Source: Halotia wernerae UHCC 0503 (GTDB lineage: Bacteria; Cyanobacteriota; Cyanobacteriia; Cyanobacteriales; Nostocaceae). Taken from it: 24,000 nucleotides of DNA. Shown here one piece after another: positions 1 through 6,930 of this stretch. The notes under the pieces are model-generated. The model was not told the DNA's origin, searched no databases, and saw nothing but the letters and a program-made list of their open reading frames with translations. The stretch spans positions 22,258 to 46,257 of the forward strand of contig JAYGHB010000031.1 in the NCBI GenBank assembly GCA_034931985.1, given 5' to 3'. How positions within the stretch are numbered: position 1 is the stretch's first letter; each line of letters starts with the position of its first letter. Position numbers and translations under genes: made by a program.

Positions 1-2
1 TC

Positions 3-542
3 GGATTAGCAAACAGCGACATTGTTGCCAATGCAGTCGCAGGTAATGGCGGTAACATCGACGTTACCACCCAAGGCATATTCGGGCTAAAATACCGCGA
101 CCAGCTAACCCCTAAAAGTGACATCACCGCTAGTTCCCAATTTGGAGTGAACGGTACGGTAGATATTAACAATTTTGGAATTGACCCCAATTCCGGCTTA
201 GTCGAATTACCAGCAAATATCACTGATTCATCACAACAAATTGCTACAGGATGTTCTGAAAACCAAGATAGTCGATTTGTGGCAACCGGACGGGGTGGTG
301 TGCCGCAGAATCCGACGCAGGACGTGAGGAGCGATCGCACTTGGTCTGATACCCGTGATATCTCTGCATACCGCAAAACTGGCCCAGCCACGGCACAAAT
401 ACCCCAATCTCCAGAGGTTCTTGTCCAAGCCACAGGTTGGCATCGCAATGCACAGGGCAAAATTGAATTGGTCGCCGCAGATAAATCTTCTACCCATCAG
501 ATGCAGCCAGCATTAACCTGTGCTGCTGTTAAAAGAAGTTAA
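3..542 (+). CDS. C-terminal part of a filamentous-haemagglutinin / two-partner-secretion-like exoprotein (5' end outside window)
   Basis: Frame open from base 3 (GLANSDIVANAVAGNGGNIDVTTQGIFGLKYRDQLTPKSDITASSQFGVNGTVDINNFGIDPNSGLVELP...) to TAA at 540-542. Composition matches the tail of cyanobacterial large beta-helical exoproteins. The ORF track's 147 start is only an internal start. Confidence 0.75.
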   Translation, partial: GLANSDIVANAVAGNGGNIDVTTQGIFGLKYRDQLTPKSDITASSQFGVNGTVDINNFGIDPNSGLVELPANITDSSQQIATGCSENQDSRFVATGRGGVPQNPTQDVRSDRTWSDTRDISAYRKTGPATAQIPQSPEVLVQATGWHRNAQGKIELVAADKSSTHQMQPALTCAAVKRS

Positions 543-546
543 TTTT

Positions 547-1758
547 TTAGGACTTATTGGCAATATCTTTGATGAGTTGAACGTGCTGTGGTAGTAAGTT
601 AGCTAAAGCGTAACGCTCTAATACAGTTTTCCGAGCATTGGCGCGAATTTCTGCCATATGTGTCGGATGATTCAGTACTTCATTAATTCGATCTGCAATC
701 TTTCGCGGCGAGAAGAAATCAACTAGTAGACCGTTTTTTCCATCTTGAATGACTTCAGTTACAGGTGCAGTATCAGAACCAAGCACCAAACATCCTGTAG
801 ACATAACCTCAATCATTGACCAAGAAAGTACAAATGGTCTGGTTAAATAAACATGTACCGATGATGCTTGAATTACTTGCAAATACTGCCCATAAGGCAA
901 AGAGCCAGTGAAGTGAACCCGTGATAAATCAAGCGGGACTTTTTTCAACATCAAGTCTTTGTAGGTAAGACCGTTTGGTAAAGATTTCCCGTAACAAACT
1001 CTATCTGACCCCACAATCACTACATGGCAATTTGGTCTGCGCTCCTGTACATAAGCAATGGTTTCGATAAACTGGGGAAAACCACGGTAAGGCTCCATCC
1101 CCCGTGCTACATAAGTCACAATTTCATCGACACCAGATAAATCCAGATTGGGCAATACTAATTTAGCTCCTGGATTCGGTTTAAAGTATTCTGTATCCAC
1201 TCCATCATGTAACACGGAAATTTTTTGATGAAATTCTGGGGGAAATTGCGCTTTTTGCCAATTAGTCGGCGATAAACCGCGATCGCAGGTGTATAAATCA
1301 ATTAGTATAGGTGCATTTTTTGTCCTGATCCGGGCTATATCATCAACATTTAGCGGGTCTGTGGGATCAAAATCTGCGTCTGAACCGAGAGCATGATAAA
1401 ACCATTCAAAATAACAAATCAGCGGTGTCTCTGGAAATACATCCTTGACAAATAAAGTTGACCCCCAACCAGAATGACCACAAATTACATCAGGTATAAA
1501 GCCTTTTGTTTTAAGTTGTTCAGCCAGTTTAAATGCAGCTTGTCCATGTAAGACTGCATGTTCTAATGGTCGAACATAATGATGGGTTGTAGGATGAGGA
1601 TTCCGGCTAGGTTCAAAAATGACTTTATATACGCCTGGTAAATTCACATCTTGATTTTTAGTGCCAAAAACTACCTGATTATTCGGATCTTGAGCCAAAG
1701 CCAGGGCGACATGGCGATACTGAGCCGGAAAATTAGAATGAAGAAAGAGAACACGCAT
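547..1758 (-). CDS. GT4-type glycosyltransferase
   Basis: 403 aa. N-term MRVLFLHSNFPAQYRHVALALAQD; C-terminal domain with VARGMEPYRGFPQFIE, VVIVGSD, STGCLVLGSDTAPVTEVIQDGKNGLLVDFF, typical of GT-B fold GT4 enzymes. Confidence 0.85.
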   Translation of the reverse strand: MRVLFLHSNFPAQYRHVALALAQDPNNQVVFGTKNQDVNLPGVYKVIFEPSRNPHPTTHHYVRPLEHAVLHGQAAFKLAEQLKTKGFIPDVICGHSGWGSTLFVKDVFPETPLICYFEWFYHALGSDADFDPTDPLNVDDIARIRTKNAPILIDLYTCDRGLSPTNWQKAQFPPEFHQKISVLHDGVDTEYFKPNPGAKLVLPNLDLSGVDEIVTYVARGMEPYRGFPQFIETIAYVQERRPNCHVVIVGSDRVCYGKSLPNGLTYKDLMLKKVPLDLSRVHFTGSLPYGQYLQVIQASSVHVYLTRPFVLSWSMIEVMSTGCLVLGSDTAPVTEVIQDGKNGLLVDFFSPRKIADRINEVLNHPTHMAEIRANARKTVLERYALANLLPQHVQLIKDIANKS

Positions 1759-1790
1759 TTTAGGTTTCTACTACCTCACACACCAAAGAG
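1706..1790. repeat. Direct repeat copy A (pairs with 2499-2583), contains 3' relic of murG plus 5' end of intact GT gene
   Basis: Hand alignment at offset 793 bp: 77/85 identical. Minus strand encodes SSLVCEVVET* followed by ATG of the GT gene. Confidence 0.9.
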
Positions 1791-1791
1791 C

Positions 1792-2133
1792 TTAATACAT
1801 ACCCAAATTTTGCATAATCATTTGAATATTTGCTTTCAAATCTGATAAATCACGCTCAACTATTTCTCAAACATCATCATAATCGACGCGTACATAGTCG
1901 TGAATTAATACATCTCTAAATCCAGCTATCCGCTTCCATTGCACATTATGATACCTTTGTCTTAAATCCTGAGATATTCTTTTAGCTGCTTCGCCAATAA
2001 TCTCAAAATTTCTGACCACAGCATCCTGAACCATCTTTGTTTGGATAAAAGTCTCTTTACCATCGCGGGTGTATTCTTCTATTCTCTCAATACATTCCGC
2101 AATATCCAGTAAATAACGCCTTTCATCTCTCAT
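1792..2133 (-). pseudogene. HepT-like (DUF86) toxin/ribonuclease gene interrupted by in-frame TGA at 1867-1869
   Basis: Called ORF 1867-2133 (88 aa) contains the RX4HXY motif (RDVLIHDY) and ends ...VDYDDV*. The same frame continues after TGA as EIVERDLSDLKANIQMIMQNLGMY* (TAA at 1792-1794), matching the expected HepT C-terminus. A Trp (TGG) in place of TGA restores a 113-aa protein. Confidence 0.8.
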
Positions 2134-2420
2134 AGTGCTACAGCTTCACTTAACACTCTTTCTCTAATTAATTTATGTAAATTATTAAGCTTTGCTACAT
2201 CAACTTTACGGTTTAGTAACTCTTCCAAATCTTGCATTAAAGCAATACGGTCTAACAAATTACGTCCCGGCTCAAGTTCTACCAAAAAATCTACATCACT
2301 ATCGGGTCTTGCTTCTCCTCTAGCAACTGAACCAAATACCCGCACATTATACGCCCCATATTTAGCGGCAATTTTTAATATCTCTTCGCGAAATGGTAGT
2401 AATAATTCCTTAATTCCCAT
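2130..2420 (-). CDS. mntA: MntA-like minimal nucleotidyltransferase (antitoxin partner of HepT)
   Basis: 96 aa with nucleotidyltransferase motif [19 protein letters not shown] (GSX10DXD); 4-nt ATGA overlap with the downstream HepT gene. Confidence 0.88.
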   Translation of the reverse strand: MGIKELLLPFREEILKIAAKYGAYNVRVFGSVARGEARPDSDVDFLVELEPGRNLLDRIALMQDLEELLNRKVDVAKLNNLHKLIRERVLSEAVAL

Positions 2421-2493
2421 AACCTAACCCCTGAAGATTGCGGCGAATTTCTACCTCTAGTCTCGCACTCTCAATAAAAAACGTTAATTCGTT
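2410..2493 (-). pseudogene. Possible C-terminal relic of an unidentified gene upstream of mntA
   Basis: Minus-strand frame [27 protein letters not shown] (27 aa), no start codon, stop TAA overlaps the mntA start by 11 nt (ATGGGAATTAA), as in coupled operons. Family identification not possible by eye. Confidence 0.35.
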
Positions 2494-2551
2494 TCATAGC
2501 GACACGGCGATATTGAGCCGGAAAATTAGTATGAAGGAAGAGAACGCGCAT
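2471..2551 (-). pseudogene. 5' relic of the GT4 glycosyltransferase gene directly downstream of murG
   Basis: MRVLFLHTNFPAQYRRVA-MKRINVFY*; the first 18 aa match the GT at 547-1758 (MRVLFLHSNFPAQYRHVA), then sequence diverges at base 2498 and stops. Confidence 0.8.
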
Positions 2552-2583
2552 TTTAGCTTTCCACTACCTCACGCACCAAAGAG
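2499..2583. repeat. Direct repeat copy B (pairs with 1706-1790), spanning murG 3' end and GT 5' relic
   Basis: 77/85 identity with copy A; encodes ASLVREVVES* (true murG end) then ATG 1 nt later. Confidence 0.9.
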
Positions 2584-3629
2584 GCTAACTTTTCAGCACT
2601 ATCAGGAACAGCGATCGCTTTGGCATTTTCCCCCATTTTGGTTAACTCTGCTGGTGATTGCAATAAATCCAACACTTGGCTTTGCAACTTCTGGGTTGTT
2701 AACTCCGATTGCTTAAAGATCAATGCTGCACCAGCTTTTGTAAATACCTCCGCATTGTAAGACTGATGATCTTCGGCAGCAAAGGGATAAGGAATCAAAA
2801 TTGCTGGCACACCACATACTGCTAATTCTGTCAAGCTACCAGCACCAGAACGACTAATCGCTATAGCAGATCGTCGCAACAGCGCTGCCATATTATCGTA
2901 AAAAGGCAACTCTAGATATTGTGGGTGTTTGAGATTACCTGCATCAGGATCGCGATCGCCTGTTAAATGTACTATATAAGCACCCGCATTAAACCAAGCT
3001 TGAGCCGATTGACGCACCAACTGATTGATAGCAACTGCACCCTGACTACCACCAAAAACGACAATTAAAGGAACGCCATCAGGAATAGCTAAATCCAGCG
3101 ATGCATCGCTGACTTGATCCAAAAATTGTGACCTCACCGGAGTACCCACACAGACATTTTTGGCACGGGGTAAATATTTAGCAGCTTCTGCAAATCCTAG
3201 CGCCATCGCTGTACACCAAGGCCCAAAGAAGCGAGTGACTTTCCCAGGCAAGGCATTAGATTCGTGGAAAACTACAGGTAAGCCGAGAGAACGTGCCGCA
3301 ATGACTGCTGGCCCAGCAATATAGCCACCCGTGGTAAATACTCCTTGAAAATTTCCCTGTTGCAGGATTCGTCTAACTTCTATAATCGAACCAGCGAGTT
3401 TACCCAAGACCCGTAGAGAGGCAAATCCGAATCCTTGCTGAAACCCTTCAACTGCAATAGTATTCAAGGGATAGTGCTTAGGGACAAGTTGAGTTTCTAG
3501 GCGATTGGGTACACCTAGCCATTCAATTTCATAGTCTGGCAGTTTTTGCGCCAGTGCGATCGCCGGAAACAAGTGTCCACCAGTACCACTGGCAGCTATG
3601 AGTAATTTTATCGGTGCGTTTGCCATCAA
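2553..3629 (-). CDS. murG: UDP-N-acetylglucosamine--N-acetylmuramyl-(pentapeptide) pyrophosphoryl-undecaprenol N-acetylglucosamine transferase
   Basis: 358 aa; IAASGTGGHLFPAIALAQKL, TGGYIAGPAVIAARSLGLPVVFHESNALPG, VFGGSQGAVAINQLV, ISRSGAGSLTELAVCGVPAILIPYPFAAEDHQSYNAEVF motifs. Confidence 0.96.
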   Translation of the reverse strand: MMANAPIKLLIAASGTGGHLFPAIALAQKLPDYEIEWLGVPNRLETQLVPKHYPLNTIAVEGFQQGFGFASLRVLGKLAGSIIEVRRILQQGNFQGVFTTGGYIAGPAVIAARSLGLPVVFHESNALPGKVTRFFGPWCTAMALGFAEAAKYLPRAKNVCVGTPVRSQFLDQVSDASLDLAIPDGVPLIVVFGGSQGAVAINQLVRQSAQAWFNAGAYIVHLTGDRDPDAGNLKHPQYLELPFYDNMAALLRRSAIAISRSGAGSLTELAVCGVPAILIPYPFAAEDHQSYNAEVFTKAGAALIFKQSELTTQKLQSQVLDLLQSPAELTKMGENAKAIAVPDSAEKLASLVREVVES

Positions 3630-3711
3630 ACCTCTACCGTTTAGCGCCTAGCTTAACTAAGATAAAACAATTTCCTGACCTTCTGTACTCAAATCAGTAA
3701 ACTCTTACCAA

Positions 3712-4521
3712 ATGACTAACATTATTGCCTTATTACCCAAACGCCAACGAAAATTTTCCACTAGCATCTGGCTAATTTTGTCCTTACTGACATTTGGTGT
3801 AACCAGTAATTTGCCACGCTCTCAAGCTGCTACCCCCGATAATGCCCCAGCTGAACTGAAAAACCTGTTGATGCGAATCGATACAGCAGCTACTCAAAGT
3901 AATGTCAAGGGGGTAATGCAATTTTATAGCCCCACCTTTACTAGTGGGGATGGATTAAACCGTCAGACTTTAGAAAAATCCCTAGTGACATTGTGGAAGC
4001 GATATCCACAGTTACGATACAGTACCCAGCTACAATCTTGGAAATCGGAAGGCAACGCCATTATTGCCGAAACGGTAACTAACATCACTGGCTTACCTTC
4101 TGCTAATAGTAATAATGTGGCTCTCAATTCCACAATTAAATCCCGTCAGCGCATCACAGGTGCAAAAATTGTCCGCCAAGACATTTTATCCGAACGCACA
4201 CAACTTACCTCTGGTAAAAAGCCGCCCCAAGTCGATATTAATTTGCCACAGCAGGTAAAAGTAGGACAACAGTATAGCTTTGATGCGATCGTTAAAGAAC
4301 CCCTAGGGGATGATTTTCTGCTGGGAACAGCGCTGGAAGAATCCGTCCAAGCTAGCAAATATCTCAACCCAACATCTGTAGATTTGCAATTACTGACATC
4401 TGGCGGACTGTTTAAAACAGGACGCGCACCCTCTACTCCTGGTAGTCAATGGATTTCTGCGGTGATCCTCCGGGGTGATGGTATGACAATGGTCACTCAG
4501 CGCTTGCAAGTTATGAAATAG
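3712..4521 (+). CDS. Putative exported hypothetical protein with an NTF2/SnoaL-like region
   Basis: 269 aa; N-terminal hydrophobic signal-like segment (WLILSLLTFGVTSNLPRSQA), then MRIDTAATQSNVKGVMQFYSPTF... resembling NTF2-like domains. Confidence 0.6.
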   Translation: MTNIIALLPKRQRKFSTSIWLILSLLTFGVTSNLPRSQAATPDNAPAELKNLLMRIDTAATQSNVKGVMQFYSPTFTSGDGLNRQTLEKSLVTLWKRYPQLRYSTQLQSWKSEGNAIIAETVTNITGLPSANSNNVALNSTIKSRQRITGAKIVRQDILSERTQLTSGKKPPQVDINLPQQVKVGQQYSFDAIVKEPLGDDFLLGTALEESVQASKYLNPTSVDLQLLTSGGLFKTGRAPSTPGSQWISAVILRGDGMTMVTQRLQVMK

Positions 4522-4673
4522 GGCATGGGGGCATGGTGAGACTGCGCTGCGTTCGCGTATTCTCTTCATCTTCCCCTGCTCCTCTGCTGCCTCAACGAAG
4601 AGATGTCTTAACCAAACGGTAATAAACCCTGCCTCAACGAGTAACTTCACAATTCATTTAGGATTGCTATAAT

Positions 4674-5378
4674 TTACGGTTTTTCTATATCTCCAGAAGC
4701 GATCGCATTTAATTTTTCAGCATCAATTATAATAATCTTACCGCCCCGGCTATAAGCAACTATCGACTTGAGACTTTTAATTAACCGCACGCATTCTTCG
4801 TAAGCAATGCCAATACTCCGAGCCATGCGATAGTAAGATAAGTTGAGTTTTAAACACTCACCTTGTGGGCTTGATTCCGTTCCAGATTCGGCAGCAAAGT
4901 ATTGAATTAATCTAGCAAGACGAACAATAGCTCTTTCAGAAACTAGCCCATGAACTGTTTCATGTAATTGCTGAATCCGAGTGTTAAAAACCATCAGCAT
5001 CTGTAAAGCAATTTCAGGATTATTTTGGATAGCTTTTAATAAAGCATCACGCTCAACAGTGAGAATTTCACAATCAGATTCAGCAGTCACAGTGGCGGGT
5101 GAAATACCGTTACCTAATAGTGCAGGCGCAGCAAAAATTTCCCCAGCAGGTAGTCCACGCAAAATGGTTTCTTTGCCTGTGCTTGCTGTTTTGGTAATTT
5201 GAACCGAACCACTGACTACAGCATATAACTTTGCTGGTAGGCGATCGCCTTCATGTAGAACAATCTCTCCTTTACTGTAGCGTTGCACCTGGGCGTGAGT
5301 TTGCATACTTACTTTGTCTGTGGGTTCTAAACCCGCAAACACAATAATTTTTGAGAGTTGTTCCAGGGATGCCTGCAT
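4674..5378 (-). CDS. Crp/Fnr-family transcriptional regulator
   Basis: 234 aa; N-terminal cyclic-nucleotide-binding-like domain (YSKGEIVLHEGDRLPAKLYAVVSGSVQI) and C-terminal HTH region (YYRMARSIGIAYEECVRLIKSLK). Confidence 0.85.
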   Translation of the reverse strand: MQASLEQLSKIIVFAGLEPTDKVSMQTHAQVQRYSKGEIVLHEGDRLPAKLYAVVSGSVQITKTASTGKETILRGLPAGEIFAAPALLGNGISPATVTAESDCEILTVERDALLKAIQNNPEIALQMLMVFNTRIQQLHETVHGLVSERAIVRLARLIQYFAAESGTESSPQGECLKLNLSYYRMARSIGIAYEECVRLIKSLKSIVAYSRGGKIIIIDAEKLNAIASGDIEKP

Positions 5379-5523
5379 AATTAACCTGATATAAGCTGCA
5401 TATTAATTCCTCAACGAGTTTTTTATTTTAAATGAGCGAACCTACCGATTAAAAAATGGAATGCAGATTTTGTGGTCAACCAAAGTCCATAATTATCTCA
5501 GCATCTCTCCCACAATTTAGACT

Positions 5524-6354
5524 ATGGATCTGCCTAAATCCAGCTTAGAGGACATTGAAATACAGTTGCTCTTGGAAGGGGTTTACCAATACTACGGTTA
5601 TGACTTCCGCAATTATGCTCTCTCTTCACTCAAGCGCCGCGTTCAGAGCTTTATGCGGTTGGAGGGATTAGCCAATATTTCTACATTGCAAGAGCGACTG
5701 CTGCATAATCGCCCCTGTCTAGATCGGTTTTTGCTGAATCTAACAGTGAATGTAACATCAATGTTTCGTGACCCCAGCTTTTATCTTGCTTTTAGACAGC
5801 AGGTAATTCCCTTATTGCGAACCTATCCTTTTATTCGCATCTGGCACGCTGGATGCTCGACGGGGGAAGAAGTTTACTCAATGGCAATATTACTCCAAGA
5901 AGAAAAACTTTACCACCGTTGTCGAATTTATGCCACCGACACTAACGAAAGGGTGTTACAAAATGCCAAAAATGGCATTTTTTCTTTAAGACTAATGCAA
6001 GAATATACTCAGCTTTACCTGAGAGCAGGTGGTCAAAAGTCTTTTTCGGAATATTACACCGCAGCTTATGACAACGCCATTTTTCGAGCATCTCTAAGGG
6101 AAAACGTGATCTTTGCCCAGCATAATCTGGCAACTGATAGTTCTTTTAATGAGTTTAATGTCATCCTTTGTCGTAATGTCCTCATCTACTTTAATCAAAT
6201 ACTGCAAAAGCGGGTACACACGCTGTTCTATAACAGTCTATGCACATTTGGTATCTTGGGTTTAGGAAGACAAGAATCGATCAGATTTACCCCTTGTGAA
6301 AACTATTATGAAGAGATAGCTCAGGGTGAGAAACTGTACCGGAGGCTCAACTAG
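5524..6354 (+). CDS. CheR-type protein-glutamate O-methyltransferase
   Basis: 276 aa; FPFIRIWHAGCSTGEEVYSMAILLQEE-type SAM motif, RIYATDTNERVLQNA, FNVILCRNVLIYFN. Confidence 0.92.
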   Translation: MDLPKSSLEDIEIQLLLEGVYQYYGYDFRNYALSSLKRRVQSFMRLEGLANISTLQERLLHNRPCLDRFLLNLTVNVTSMFRDPSFYLAFRQQVIPLLRTYPFIRIWHAGCSTGEEVYSMAILLQEEKLYHRCRIYATDTNERVLQNAKNGIFSLRLMQEYTQLYLRAGGQKSFSEYYTAAYDNAIFRASLRENVIFAQHNLATDSSFNEFNVILCRNVLIYFNQILQKRVHTLFYNSLCTFGILGLGRQESIRFTPCENYYEEIAQGEKLYRRLN

Positions 6355-6926
6355 TGTCCTTTAAAATTATAGTTATTGGAACTTCGTTAGGAGGGTTATC
6401 AGCCCTAAAAAATATCTTAATCAATTTACCACCAGACTTTCTCACACCAATAGCGATCGTGCAACATCGTCACAAAGATTCTGACAAAACACTCCAAGAA
6501 TTATTGCAAGAACACACCTTTTTGCCTGTCCGGGAGGTCGAAGATAAACAAGAAATTCTCCCAGGACAAATCTACTTAGCGCCCCCAGATTATCATTTGC
6601 TAGTAGAACCAGGTTATTTTGCTCTTTCTACTGATGAGCCTGTTTCTTTTGCTCGTCCATCTATTGATGTGCTATTTGAGTCAGCAGCAGACATCTATGC
6701 CGAGCAAGTCATTGGTGTAATATTAACAGGGGCAAATCAAGATGGTAAGCAAGGTCTGAAAAAAGTGCAAGCACGGGGAGGAATTACCATTGTTCAAGAG
6801 CCAACCACAGCTGAAAGTTCAATTATGCCCGAAGCTGCAATTGCTGCTATTACAGTAGACTGGATTGTGTCCCTTTCAGAAATTGCTCCTTTGCTAGTCA
6901 ACCTTTGTGATTCTACACGGAAATGA
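6354..6926 (+). CDS. CheB-type methylesterase catalytic domain protein (no receiver domain)
   Basis: 190 aa; VIGTSLGGLSALKNIL, VQHRHKDSDKTLQELLQ, GQIYLAPPDYHLLVE, GVILTGANQDGKQGLKKVQARGG. Starts at a GTG overlapping the upstream stop. Confidence 0.92.
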   Translation: MSFKIIVIGTSLGGLSALKNILINLPPDFLTPIAIVQHRHKDSDKTLQELLQEHTFLPVREVEDKQEILPGQIYLAPPDYHLLVEPGYFALSTDEPVSFARPSIDVLFESAADIYAEQVIGVILTGANQDGKQGLKKVQARGGITIVQEPTTAESSIMPEAAIAAITVDWIVSLSEIAPLLVNLCDSTRK

Positions 6927-6930
6927 ACTC

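Noticed and set aside
231-497. Overlapping ORFs 231-497 (-) and 244-453 (-)
   Set aside because: Shadow ORFs of the exoprotein reading frame, with unsupported composition.
1651-2716. Plus-strand ORFs 1651-1845 and 2438-2716, whose peptides resemble each other (DxAILSRKIxMKxENxHF...LPHxPK)
   Set aside because: The similarity is only the antisense translation of the murG/GT direct repeats; real coding is on the minus strand.
4522-4673. Possible small gene in the gap between the exported protein and the Crp-like regulator
   Set aside because: The overlapping 4390-4650 (-) ORF has no domain and partly overlaps the upstream coding sequence; composition looks like intergenic debris.
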